Origin: Ramazzottius varieornatus
Taxonomy: Eukaryota; Animalia; Tardigrada
Assembly (NCBI GenBank): GCA_001949185.1
Contig: BDGG01000011.1
Location: 326,123-390,122 of the forward strand
DNA length: 64,000 nt
Direction of reading: 5' to 3'
The position numbers and the translations under genes were made by a program. The notes beneath the pieces were generated by a model, which was given only the letters and a program-made list of their open reading frames with translations, did not search any database and was not told the DNA's origin. Shown one piece after another: positions 11,924 to 24,781 of this stretch. The stretch's first letter is position 1; each line of letters begins with the position of its first letter.

Positions 11924-14900
11924 CTAAAGTGAGCCATCAGGGTTGTGCTGTCTCTGCTTACTGATATTCATGGTCAAAAATGAGTTCAGGGCATCGGCGG
12001 GGTTGACGTTACGGTTAGGATTCGTTCCTCCACCTGCCGCGGCCAGGTAGCCTTCCTGCTGCATCAGTGCCATCATCTCACTCATGTCCGAATCCGGACC
12101 CAGGATCTCCTTTAGCAGCTCGTCAAACAGGTCTTCGTCCCTCGGTCCAACTGCCGACGGATTAACGTTGCTGGTTTCAGGCCTCATCATGGAGGAAGAA
12201 GCCACCACCGTGTCCAGAAGCTCCACCTGAAAACCGAAATAAAGTTCCAGTTTCCGCGTAATACTTTAAACTTGTTTTCCAAAGCAGCGCACCCCGACAG
12301 CCAATCAAACTGGGAAAGTGCGCCACTTGGGAAAGTAACCTGGTCGGAATTGTCTGCCAAGTTACCAGTATGGTTAGTTATCTACCTTATTGGGTGGATA
12401 CTGTTGGGCAGTCTGGTATGGTTGGACGTCCTGCGGGTTGCCCATGAGAGGAAGCTGTTGCTGGTTGTAGGCAGCCTGGTTGGAGACAGGGAGAGTATTG
12501 TAGGCCGGTGGGGGCATGACGGACTGAACACCGATCGTGGGCTGTCCCACGACGCTTTGCTCTTGCAGCGGACTCTGGGGAATCGTTATGATGATGGGCT
12601 GAACGATGCCGGGTAGTTGGATGCAGTACTGCATCTGCCCGCCCTCCACAGCCTGCGAAGTCATGGACGATGGCGTGGTCACGATCAGTGGCTCTTGCAG
12701 CGAGTAGACTGCTTGCTCAGACTGCGGACGAGGCTGGATAGGAACCGGCTGGAAGCACAAAGCATAAAATTATTCTACTATGTTTCAAAACATATCTCAA
12801 AAGAATCAACAAATTCAAATGGGCGCTCTGCAGACCAAGTTGACAAGATCGCTTCCCAAGCGGCGCACGCATCCTGACAATAATACTGGAAGTGTGTGCC
12901 GCTTGGGAAAACAATCTTGTCGAGTAAGTATGCTACCGAGAGCTAGTCAGGTATTTAACAATTTTTCAAAAGTCATGAAAATAATTAACAATCCAGTTCT
13001 TTTTCAGCATACAGGAATAAGGAGAAACTTTACTGTTGTTTGGAAAACTTTAAAGTCAGAAAATATATTCGGTATTATTATCGTCGATTTCTGTTTTCCG
13101 ATTTCACAATCACCTGACTGACGGCAGTGACGGCCGGGAGAGCATCCCCGTCCGCTGCGACGTTCATCGGTTCCTCGGAGGAATGTGGCTCGACAAGCTC
13201 CAGCAGAGCTGAAGGTGCCGTAGAGACAGATGGACGGCTTTTGGTCGTTGAAGGCGAACGCGATTGTCGAGCTTCCTCGCCGCGTTCCACTGCACACAGA
13301 AGCACAAACTGAACGTTAAATTTCAGAATGAATAGTGAACAGAAAGCAGATCTTACCTGGTGTATAACGGAACGGAAAACCTTCGCTAGTCTTGCCGCCC
13401 TTATTGCGGACGAAGACTAGCACTTCCACGGGTTCGGTGATTTCCTTGTCGCAGTACGGCGGAATGGTACCGACGAGATGAACGGGACTGAAGTGCTCTT
13501 GAAGCAGGTTCAGCTCTTGCTCCCATGCACTGGGTGTGTTCACGTTCTCGCCTTCCCCGCTATCTACAATATCAAACATTCCAGGTTACTTCACTGACAA
13601 GAATTTTGATAAAGAATTAGTTACCGCTGTGATTAAGTCCAGCGTTGTTCTTCTCAGCAATGAAGAGTCGGCTGTCATCTTTGACAAAATTCCTTCCGAT
13701 GACGACGACATCCATGTCGCCCGAGGCAGGACAGCTGTTGTGCGAGATGAAGTGAATTTCGGGCACTCCAGGAGAGGGCGCTAAAAGACCGAAAGAACGG
13801 AATATCGGCAAAATTCCAGTCATTTCAACAACTTGTGTACACGTCTGCCCCACTCAGTATACGGGACCATGTACGCAGGTGCACAAACAGGTGCCAATCT
13901 TCCCCTAAAACTGCAACAAAAATCCTCAATGAACTTACTGCAGCTGATGGGACTGGATATAACTTGCAGAGTCTTAGTACTGCCATCCGCCAACTGGACA
14001 TCGGGGCAGCGCATGACCAGGCGGACCTTAGGACTCCGTTTTCGTCTTTTGGTCATTTCTTCAGAATCGACGACCGTTGGGTCGAAGTCGGCATTTCGTA
14101 ACTTTAGTATCCCCAGGCAATCGATGCTAGAACAAACAAAAAATCTCATCATCATTAATTTATGCAATAAATTACTAATGTAGTGTCGTTACGACCATAA
14201 CATTAGGGCCTGATGGCTGACGTTTATGCACACTTCAGAGTATAGTCTTTCTCGCGAGTCATATCCATCTCCAAACATGTTATTCCATCGTCCAGGACCT
14301 TCTCCCGACATGGCGTACTGTGCTTTCCACCGACTTTACATACCCTGTAAACCAAAAGGAAAAGAGAACATGAATTCCAACCAAGCAGAAAATCTCAGCA
14401 ACCTGCATACGGTTGGCCGCATCTGTTGCGAGCCGGAAGTATGCAGGTTGTTACAACCTAGCGTTTTTCCTCACTTCAGTCTTCAAAGATTCCGCAAAAT
14501 TTACTGACACGAGGTACAATAAAATCTTGATAGAAGCAAACATTTTGCAGTGTCGGAGGATAAAGATTGTACCGGTAGAGTGGATGTGGGCGAATGGGAT
14601 CCGTCTCCGTTCCGATGTAAGCGTGAAGCAGCAGATTCTTACCGTTGTAGCCTTTCAGCTGAATCGAAGGACACGAACTTCCCGTCCGATCTTTGATGCA
14701 TCCACGACTACCTTCCTTCTGATATCTCGCTACAATATAACATTCATTCAAATGGACGTATGAAGACATCAAAAGCGCAATTTCGTACCTCGGTGGTGAC
14801 TTTCCGGTTGTCGAACGATAGCCAACTCCACACCGCCCACTTTACAGCTATGAGTGTCAACGGAGGGGTGGCTGGTTGACGGATGACTGGCAGCGTTCTG

Positions 14901-16816
14901 AGCTCTATTCCGCGGAACGGAAGGTCCACTAGTCCTTTTGGAGGATTTATCTACCTGCATTTCCGAGTCTTGGTCGCCAGCCACGCTGGACGATGTGTTG
15001 GACGGACCACCCTCGTTACCGTAGTCGCTTACGTCCGATTCGACGTCTTCAATCTTGGGAAATTGTCTCTTTACGATAGTCAATGGTGGCTTCCCCTTCG
15101 AAGTGACGCTGACGGAGTTTTGACGGTTGGAAGCGAGCTGGTTGACCTGACCGTCTAACGTGTCGTCTTCTAAGGATCGTTGGTAGGCTCGTAACGAGTC
15201 TGGAAGCGTGTATCGTCGTTTCTTGTGCTCTGGAGGGCCAGGCGGTGGCTTTACTTGCTTATTTTCTTCTGAACTGCGAGACGAGGAAGTGGAAGCAAGC
15301 TGCAAAGCATAGCAAGATGAAACTTGAGCCGCTGACAAACTTCCGCGATGTAACAGTTTATCCATGTTCCCGCCGAGAACACGCATGCGGAATACTGACG
15401 TCAGAAAACCTCGGACAAAGTCGGTAACTTCGTGACGTAACAAATCTGACACTTAAGCTTCCGGCTACAAACACGCTCCGCAGCCGCCAGCAGCCCGTTC
15501 AGCCGCTACGAAATGTTATTGCAGAAGCTGTCGGAAATTAAAATTTAATTGCCAACGCGCTGCGCAGTTCGCATCGATCCCGTTGCATGTTTCCCTCTTC
15601 ACCTTGTTCCAACTGACACGATAATTTGGGAAAAAACCAAAGACCAACCTGAGGTTTACGGGAAGTAGTGGGCAGAGGTGAAACAGTACCAGCCGTCAAG
15701 CCACCCGTAGTAAAGTGGCGACTGCGTGGTGTGGGACGGGTACTACTTGTTGTTGATGGGGTCATCAACGGAGAAGTCGGCAGGCTGATACTCCCATCGT
15801 TGATAGCTTGCAATAAACTTCGGAGTTGGTCGGGACTGAAAGCTTCTTGATCCAGTCGTTCAATATTGGGGAATGGTGAAGCATTTCCCGAAGTGTGGCT
15901 GGTGCTATCTTTGCCATTCATGTCAGCCCAGTTGAAGACGCGCGCTTGCTGGAACGATGTGGGCGACAGGTGGTCCGAATCCTGGAAGTGGTAGTAGTGC
16001 TCCTCTTGCTTGATACTTTTACTGCAACCAAGTAACAAGGTAATTGTACAGTACTTGAAGGGGTTCCCAAAACCAAAAGAAAAAATAATTGACTCCACAG
16101 AAAAATGATTTTCAGACTGATCCTCTGTCTCAATGTCAAAGCGACCATAGGGCGGCGTTCGGATATGTGCATCGTGTGCGCACCCATCGCATATCACTTC
16201 TGCACCATGCATAACGAAAATTTGATCGACCAATGGCGCTAAACAACATCGAGCAGCTGATCACCCGCAGAACAAACCCGTGTCTAACACCCTAGAGTGC
16301 TAGAGGGTTCCTAATAAGGCGGTGCTCAGCAGCCTCAGCTATCCTAACGTCTGAGGGTACTCTTCCGCACTTCGGACTACTTGTCTACTTCCAGTCATAG
16401 TTTGCTCGAGATTACCTGGAAGCTACTTGCGGTAGAGGATAAGGGTAATTTGGCGACGAATGCGGTAAGGACATGCGTTGTTTGAGAGGTGTATTGTGGG
16501 CAAAATCCAGGAAGGCAGGGTGAGGTGGATATTCCGAAGGGACGAAGGGTGTGGTCGAGCTCGATGGAATGGGAAACGAAGGTGCATTCGGTGTGCTTGG
16601 ACTTATATTATCGTAAAAGTACGGCGGACTGGTGCTGGACAGGTTGGACGGGAAAGATGAGCTTCTTGGGGATAGTTTGAGGGATAAATGGGACGGAGCG
16701 AGTGCAGGATGGTGGGACCCTCCATGACCGTTTTGTTGATGACTGCGTACCATGACTTGTGCAGAGGGATTTTCCGCGTTGTTTAACGAACTCATCAAGT
16801 CGTCCCACATGCTCAT
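11924..16816 (-). CDS. NFAT: NFAT (NFAT5-like) Rel-homology-domain transcription factor; further 5' exons possible up to about 17285
   Basis: RHD motif QPESHHR|ARYQKEGSRGCIKDRTG, then IDCLGILKLRNAD, the IPT domain PGVPEI...IGRNF...IPPY...GGKTSEGFPFRYTP, a Ser/Pro-rich N-terminus and a Gln/Pro-rich C-terminus, spread over many exons. Confidence 0.9.
12842..12921. repeat. Dispersed palindromic repeat (CCAAGTGGCGCAC...GTGCGCCACTTGG family), representative copy
   Basis: Arms GACAAGATCGCTTCCCAAGCGGCGCAC and GTGTGCCGCTTGGGAAAACAATCTTGTC. Related copies at about 12273-12335, 20421-20492, 37645-37718, 40852-40930, 45593-45655 and 48260-48322. Confidence 0.75.
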
Positions 16817-19205
16817 CTGCAAAAAACACACCAAATCTAGTAAACGTTCTTCTCCGAATCTCCGCACTAGAAAAGGAATGTGAACATGACAGCGTTTTTT
16901 CGAAGAGATGAACAAAACTACTGCCGACGGGATAGTTCAGGAAATGAAATTTTTCTACGATCGTATGATTCGCATCTGCTATCAGCTGTTGATGTGTCGG
17001 TTTCAATTATCAGCTGATTGACTGGGGTCGGATCGTTCATCGAACATCGCTCCGCTGATTGCCTGCGCGAAACTCCGCCCCAACCTCCACCAAGTGCCGC
17101 GAAATCGCGGTTCGCGAGAGCAGGTGGGAGGAACCCGGAAGTGACCACGGGATGATGGACATGCAATTGTTAACCTGATTCCCCTTTTCTTAGCTGCTGC
17201 AGGTATAGGGTGCACCTCCGGATCGAGTCCCAGGTGCAGCAATATTGATAGCACCTCTTACCTTTTGACAAGGGAAAGAGCTCATGGACAACAAAGCGGA
17301 GAAGCGGATAAAATTCTATATCTCCTTTAGGTCTTTATACCTTAAGAAAAGAAATCATCCTTCGTCAGTTCAATAGGCGAATGCCAAACTCGAGAAGTAT
17401 AGGTATTGGGTCAGAGACTTTCATGTGCATGATTTGCTACAGACAAAGATGACTGGTAGCTCGTGTCAAAGTCAATAAGAGACTAATTACGTGAAAGTCA
17501 AATAAGCTGAATTTCTTCATGTCTCTTTCCCGAGCCTGGCAAGCTGAGACTTCGGTTACCTGTTGCAACAATTCCGCTCGAAGCGTCGAGGACTTGAGGA
17601 CCGACCGAGCTAAGCTTCGGCCTTGGGCTTTCCGCGGTCCAGATTCCCTCCTTTCTTCTGTCTCTCTGGATTACTAACCAAGAGCATGCGCTGATTGGTG
17701 GATCTGGTACAACGGCGAGATCAACAGTCCACTGGTGATGACGTGACTCAACCCATCAATCAATGACAAAGTCAGTTCCGCTATTTTTTGTCACCAGCAG
17801 GCGGCTGATCTCGACACTGTAGAGCAAGTACTGTCCGCATCCCGCCGGCTTATCTTCTACCCGCAAGTTTCAAGGAACGAGATTTCCCGAAGGATGACTT
17901 TTGGCACGTTTCCGGAGTGCGCTTGAATCTAGTACCTGATGGCTTTACGATCATTCTTTTGCGGTTTGGTAATTGTCCTAATGATGACTGTTTTTTGGGT
18001 TTTCCCCAGTGTCGATTTTCATGAAATCGAACACAAATTACGAAGTTCGCTGTTCCACTGTGTGGAAGCTCAAAGGACGAACTTGATCGGAGATGTCAAG
18101 CAAATATTTTCGAGAACCTGAAGTACAGTGAATAATACCGGTGATCAATAATAAGCTAATAACTCTCCAGCAACTAGTCAACAGCACTCATATCAATCCT
18201 ATAATTTGATTTCATTGCTCTACGGGACGCCACTCATTATTCTGCATCTATTGTCACGTATGGTCGTGGAAACTGGTCAAACAAGTTGCGCTCTTTTGTC
18301 GAGAACTGCGGAGTGCTATCGATGTACAAGTCGCTCTGAGTCTTACACTTCGGTAGAACATGGCGGGACAATCAGGTCTGCCTTCGTCTGAATGTTCCGG
18401 CCGTTATAAATCGTCTTTTTTTACGACATTACCGTTAGACAACGTAAGCTAACTGGTGCGAGTGCGGTACAAGGCACTTGTCACTTCCGGATAAGACGCT
18501 GCACAAACAGCAGCCAGCCGCAGGAAAAACATGGCCGCAATGATCGGACAAGGCTTTTGATCAAGATTGTCTGGCAGACATCCTTAATGCGTTTCTAATC
18601 CATTGCGACGGTTTAATCATTAGAAATCTATTTCCTCCATGAATCTAGGCAGTCAGAGTCAGAGCAAGCGCTAAGTTAGCTATAGTCTGGTCCTCCTTCG
18701 AACTGGCACACGACGTCACTGCGGCCGAGCCTATGGTACACAAAGCTTCAGTTTGCCTTATGACATCACCCCTTGACACTGTGACATAATATTAATATCA
18801 TGTTAAGAAAGCAGGTCCACACTCGATAAGAGCGCTCTTCCGAGCGCCGCACGCTCCCAGCCAGTAAAACCATATGGGCGCGCCACTTACGAGAACAGGC
18901 TTGCCGAGCTCTGGTTTTATGTTCCGTACAGAAATGCAGAGACCTCCAGATGCCTTACACTTGAAAACAACAACGAAAACGTCCATGAAGCATAAAAAAA
19001 ATCCAAAAACGAAATATGCATTGCTTAGTTCAGAAGAATTCGAGCGCGTACGTCGACAGAAAACAAAACCGAAATTCATCTGTAAAATAATACTAAAAAA
19101 TGTCACAATTGATAAAACGTAATATGATACTGCCATAGAGGTAAAACAAAAACCCAAACACTGAAGGAAATCAGACCTTTGAACCAGAATGGCCACAGAG
19201 GATGA

Positions 19206-19526
19206 CTAGGGAGAGTAGCGAGCAGACAGACCAGAGCGACGTCGTCCAAACTGCTGCCTGATGAGCATGGCTTCCAAGGGTTGTCTCCATTCATCCAGCA
19301 GCTGTGCTGTCCGTCCTTCTTCGTCGATAAAGGCTTCCAGACGTTTGCCGACAATCTTCACATTCTGCCGTTGTAACAAGGTCTTCCAGTGAGCTTCTCG
19401 GATGAAATTCAGACTGTGGAATATACCGTAAGTCAGAAAGACAAGTATCAGAACGAAACAGCACGTCACGAAGAGACGCAGGCATTGTGGCGAAAGACGG
19501 GCCAGGATCGTCAACGAGATCCACTT
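19206..19526 (-). CDS. Possible terminal exon of a small single-pass membrane protein
   Basis: Hydrophobic stretch LRLFVTCCFVLILVFLTYGIF followed by a charged helical tail, with an AG acceptor upstream. I could not assign upstream exons. Confidence 0.3.
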   Translation of the reverse strand, partial: KWISLTILARLSPQCLRLFVTCCFVLILVFLTYGIFHSLNFIREAHWKTLLQRQNVKIVGKRLEAFIDEEGRTAQLLDEWRQPLEAMLIRQQFGRRRSGLSARYSP

Positions 19527-21292
19527 GTTCTACCCTCCGCTGTGAAAAGAAAGATGAAACACGGCAACACAACAGTTAGTACGGTCGGAGAAAAGTTTTA
19601 CCGCGATGTGCGATCTCGTCAGTCTTCAGCGTCCGATTTCGTCAAAGTCCTCATCGAGTGCGACTGGCAACCTTGTCCCTCAGAGCCTCTCTTCCATCGG
19701 CCTCGATGTCCTGAAATGGAGCATGCTGAAACAACAAGCAAGCTTGATTTATGATCGATCTCTGAAGAACAGAAGGAGGGATTTATTTTTGCTGGCATAG
19801 ATTTCCTGAACCCGAACAACAGAGAGAAAAATCTGGTTTGAGTTAATCAAACACGAAAGTGCTCGCCACGAATTGGCTTTGCTGAATCATGGTATGGCAC
19901 ATTCGTCCTGTGATACAGAGCTCGCGGAATCGAACCTTGGGCAGTCGCGCTTTTCTCGAATCATGTAGTACTGTAGTGGTCCCGTAACCCGTGTGCAATA
20001 TCGCAGTCGGTGTCGGGCTATGATCCCCTTGCTTCAACATTACCGTCTAACACATATCCGAAAAGTTTTTTCACTTTTTTGTACCTTCGAGGCTTCGACT
20101 CGAATAGCAACTCCGAATGCATCAGTACGTATCGTGACTGTCTTCCATTTTCTCACCCCGCCCAACCGATCCATACGGAACTCAGACCGAATATCTCCGA
20201 GCCCAACACATCGTGACTCGTCGACCAACCTCTTCCTGCGTTCCCGCCACAGCCAGCTGATCTGGGTTTACCGCCAGAAGGCGACCGAGAAAGTGGGCAA
20301 AGCTTCAACCGTTCTGATTTCTGCGAGAAATAATGGTAGGAGCCAATATGCACCCACCGCATTCACAACCTGTTTCTACTTTCGTTGTCACATACGACTA
20401 CCTAAACCGATGCTGCAACTGATTGTCTACCCAAGTGGGAGCACGTTTCTAGCTTTGTTAGCTAGAAGCGTGCGCCACTTTGAAAAATAATCCTGACGAG
20501 TGGGTTATTTACCCCAATTGGCGCATTTTCGCTGTTGATTCGTGACAGCGTCGTATGTCGTTCGCTATCTCGGCAGCCACGTGCTGACCCGTCTTTCTGG
20601 GTATCCTTGGTGAGTGAGGTTTTCATCTCTCGCTGTCTGTTGCGCTTAACTCAACCGTCTCGATATTTCGCTTTCTCAGACCTTTAGCTTTTTTTTTCCA
20701 TCGCCGCTTTTTTCGTGTTGATGGAAGTAGTATCAGTAAGGATTCTTCCGTTAGAAACATCCAAACGCGAACGTTTTTCCCGACGTTTGTTTTGAAGAGC
20801 ACTGCCGAGCAAGTTCTTGCGGAGCTCCCAAGCAACGACCGAAACCACCGACCCGCATGTCATTATATTTGTGATTTCTAGCCAGCTGCTGGTACGAGGT
20901 AAAGGACATGGAGTCTTCCAGTGAGAATTTCAGACATGAAATTTTCCAGGTTGTTTTAACGTAGCTGCTGGTCAGATTGCGTCGTACGGTAAGTCAGTCA
21001 ATAGAGAAAGTCTTTCTGATCATAGCCAAGCCGTTTTCCGAGTCATTTGACGGTGCAAAGGTGACAAAGGAAGGTTTGTAGGAGACAGGATAAAATCCAA
21101 TGTTAAGGAGCCTGGAAAAGAAATAAAACGTAGGCCTGAAGAGGCGCTTGCGTAGTCTTTTACGGAGACATACGCCAAGACGTCGCACCTCATATTCCAG
21201 TCTGTAAAACGTCACGTGACAAACAGTCAGATATTGTGATGCCACCCCACACCGCAGTTTGGAAATTTTAATTAATCAGCCGGACATTTAAA

Positions 21293-21573
21293 TTAATCAG
21301 CCGGACATCGATTGTTAGCGCATTTTATGTTCAAGATAACCCCAATCGTGGAAAAACTGACGAGTATTTCGGAGATTTCCGACTCTTCTTCCAGCGTGAA
21401 GGTGTTTGAACGTCCGACCGTCCTCCCGTGTTTCCTGTTCACTCTGTTCGCGAGGGTCCTGTAAGGTATATGATACTTCTCGGCAGCCATCCCTATGAAC
21501 ATTCTACCATTACAGCAGTTACTGCAGCTTCCATGCTAGGATGAGCCTGTACATATCGCCGTTTCCTAGGCAT
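21293..21573 (-). pseudogene. pogo/Tigger-type transposase N-terminus (psq/CENP-B HTH), truncated and frameshifted
   Basis: MPRKRR...MEAAVTAV / AAEKYHIPYRTLANRV...GRSNTFTLEEESEI. The frame breaks at an 18-bp duplication (21270-21287 / 21291-21308). Confidence 0.7.
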
Positions 21574-21744
21574 CTCAGAGGGTCGCAGGTAAGCAGGGAC
21601 AGAAGGGTCGCCTTCGGAAGTCGCAGCTCTTGTTATAGAACGGCATGGATCTGTCATACAACGTAAACATTGACGGTGAAAGAACGAGAAGAAGGAAAGC
21701 CTTCCAGCAAGGAATAACGCAAAGAAGGATTGCGTAAACAATGC

Positions 21745-22090
21745 ATTTTCGCTCTGAAGTGGTGCAAAGTTTTAGCCGTTCAGATTTTGAACAAAGGAGG
21801 TTGTGTTACGTCATTGTAAACCTTGGGCACACCTTCAGAGACATGTGATTGCTACTCGGTTGGCCCATAAGTGGTTTACTTGGTCCGGAATGGTGTGCCC
21901 TCTGCAGAAGCGGGTTCCTTGATATCGAACGAAATTCCTAAACGACTTCCACTGGTGAATTCCTCCCGTCATCGTCTTCCAATTGCTCCCCTTCTTACCA
22001 GATGAAAAAGGAAGCTAGATGTTCATAGATACTTGTAACTAATTTCAGGTTTTTAGGTTATTGCGGAAACCGTCAATGGGTCAAGTATTC
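21745..22090 (+). repeat. Diverged dispersed repeat (probably the 5' non-coding arm of the pogo-like element); second copy at 51266-51618
   Basis: Co-linear shared blocks with 51266-51618: TTTTCGCT..GAAGTGG..AAAGTTTTAGC, GTGTTACGTCAT, GGCACAC, CCCTCTGCAGAA, CGACTTCC, TGGGT(C/A)AAGTATTC. Confidence 0.7.
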
Positions 22091-22874
22091 GCCCGTCTAT
22101 ATATACTGGAAAAAAGTGGTATGTTGGTTCCATCAAAGTATTCCACCACGGAAACCGTGAAAGCCTTCCTGAACCTCGGAACTTTTTTACCGTGTCCCCT
22201 AATGATTTCGGGTTGTTGTTTGGTCTTCCTGATGTTCATCGAGATTCCCGAGTCAGTTCGAGCAAGTACCCCACAGTGGGCTAGAGCCCCTGAAAATTCC
22301 CCACTCACATGACCTATGGCACCTAACAAAGCCTCTGCTATGGCTTGTCCCATTGACCAACGTCGAGCTCTTCAGCCGCCTGCAAATATGAATTGAGTCT
22401 ACAGTACATAAGTATTTCGTTTGATGGTTTGATGGGAGTACGGAATACGGTTGTGCAGTTTCCAAGATGCTGCTACTTTGAGTTACCGTACTATTCCCGG
22501 TGGTGGACCAGCATTCCCTCTGGTATGCTCAGTACGGGATACAAGTACGGAACAGTATAGGTGACCATGTTTCCCTGGTTGCAGCTCGGTCTGGACCAGT
22601 GATGACTGTTGAGTGTAATAGCTGGTCAGCTCGAATTCGATCCGCTAACCAGCAGTCCTTTTTGTGCGCTACGTTGCATGGCACAGACATGGATCGTTTG
22701 AATGCACGGTCAACGAAACTTGTTCAACAACAGTACGTTGCCAAGAAAAATTCGGAGTAGCTTCAAAAGCAAAAGTAGACTTGACAAAGTTTAGTTGACT
22801 GGCCTCCGATCTTGAGGAAAACAACTTTTACTGACGGGCGCTTTTTATCCTTAGCATTCACATCAGGTTTTAGC

Positions 22875-23839
22875 ATGGATGATTTCGATATCGTGGACTT
22901 TGGTAACACGTGGGACTTACCCCTAACGGAAAGTTTTTTCGACTCACTTATTGACACCTATCAGCATACAGAACTTACTGAGGTCTATCATGACGAGGTC
23001 CATAGATTACTGGATGCTCCCTTTTTTGATCCGGGTGCAACCTATTTGGACATCAGCAGCAGTTATCTTGACGCCAACAGTATGCACTTCGAGCAGTCAG
23101 GAGTTACTACGAACCCTCAACAGAATGTGACTGGGATGGACCTTGAGCTTTCGGTCAATGAGCTCGGCCTGATGATCGGCACTATTGGAGTCTTAAACGC
23201 TCACGAGGAGTACGACGAAGGAGTCCTGATTCAAACACCGCCATCTCAGTTATCCGAGACCATGTGCCGACCATTCAGCAGCAGCTCAAAGACTTACCAC
23301 CATTTCCCGTGCCGTCCAATATTGCCTCGCTTCAGGGTTCGATACCCTTTATAATACAAAGTGAAACTCAGCAAGAGCCGCAGTCTAACCAATCAGTTCG
23401 AACAAGACACTTGAAGAACGAAGCAAAGAAGCCACGAGCCAAATCCCTCAACACGCCGTATCATGATCTCCCCATTACCACTGTCACTACTGTACCAATG
23501 GGATGGGAAATTGTTTCTGCTATGAATACCTTAGCTGAGTTCCTGCTACCAAATACCCAGATGTGCACTGTGGGTTCCGCCCACTTTACACCGTTGGCGG
23601 GTGCGAGTATTCGAGTCAAAGGTGCTCCAAAGACAAAAGTCACCGTTCTCCTTACCTACCAGGAACTTCTCATGATCGTCAACCTGATCTTGTCCAGAGA
23701 AGTTGATTCAGGAATTTTTCGTACTGGATCTGGAATAATCAGAAAGAAGTCCGTACCAAGCATGGATGATGAGCGACACTACGTCATTAATTCCACCCTT
23801 TGCTGCCATTGGATGTTAAATACTAACAATCACCCTTAG
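22875..23839 (+). pseudogene. Element-borne ORF with an acidic/aromatic N-terminus and a basic C-terminal domain (two overlapping frames, probably one frameshifted gene)
   Basis: ORFs 22812-23354 and 23264-23839 overlap. The N-terminus MDDFDIVDFGNTWDLPLTESFFDSL is rich in D/E and F/W/L. Confidence 0.45.
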
Positions 23840-23942
23840 CAAGTTGGTAAGAGCATGAAAACTGATGGAAAACTGAGTTTAGTGCACCGCCTTCGATACG
23901 TGTCGGTTTGCCGCAGTAAGCACAGTGAACATGGTTGACTTC

Positions 23943-24562
23943 TTATGAGGAAAAGATGAGTCCATCTTGAGCCAAATCTAGTGCTGTGTGCCTCTTTGGT
24001 AACTGACACAGTGGATTCTGAAGTGTGCGGAGTCGCTTTTCCACAGTTTCAGAACCGAGGGCCAAAATGTTTGCCGTCACTTTGTGGTCAGCTTTCTTTG
24101 CTCTGCGCCACCTCAAGAAATCATTAGGATCGTATGCTTCGAAAACCACTCCCAAACGTTTCATGAAGTTCAACCATGATAGGTACTGATTGAACGTTGG
24201 TCGGCCGTCGATGTTTAGGAAATCGTCTTCTTTTGTCAGTTCAACTCCGTACTCCGTTGCAGATTGATCGACCATCTTCTGCCCGCACTTGAATTTTACA
24301 AATTCGAATCCTGGCCGGTGGCGAATGTGTTCAATCATCGGTGTGTCAGTTGTCTGCCAGTAACTAAGAGCAAGTCCGCAATGAAAGCACTCCACCAGTC
24401 CCGTGCTATGCTCCTTGCAGAAAAATCCCGCGCTGGCTAATTCATAAGGCTGCTGGACGTCAAACTTACCCAGTTGTAGAAGGTTACGAACCGAGTTTCG
24501 TGGTTAGTCATTGGTTTGTAAACGATTGCATCACTCCAGAACCCTTCGTCGTTAGGTCTCAT
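23943..24562 (-). pseudogene. BIR-domain (IAP-like) protein with one near-complete BIR and a second degenerate BIR
   Basis: ETRFVTFYNW (frameshift) ELASAGFF...VECFHCGLALSYWQTTDTPMIEHIRHRPGFEFV, where the last Zn-ligand Cys reads Phe. A second repeat reads EKRLRTL...LDLAQDGL. Confidence 0.8.
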
Positions 24563-24781
24563 GTTCGGAACAAAACACAAGCGAAAAATTCAAGACTGGC
24601 TCACTTTCGTCCGACGGGTAGAACTGATCAATTCGTGCTGATGGGTACTAGAAAACTGTTGTCGCTTGTGATGGACTGCAAGTGCCACTTACGGTCCTGT
24701 ATCTGTTTTACGGTTCACTAGATTACTGTCACGCCCAATACAGTCATTTTGCTTCTTAGCAGCCATGTTACAGTCGCAATT

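Noticed and set aside
22400-22870. Search for Polinton TIRs, integrase, packaging ATPase or capsid at the left edge of the block
   Set aside because: No matching inverted repeat near 30300 and no recognisable motifs.
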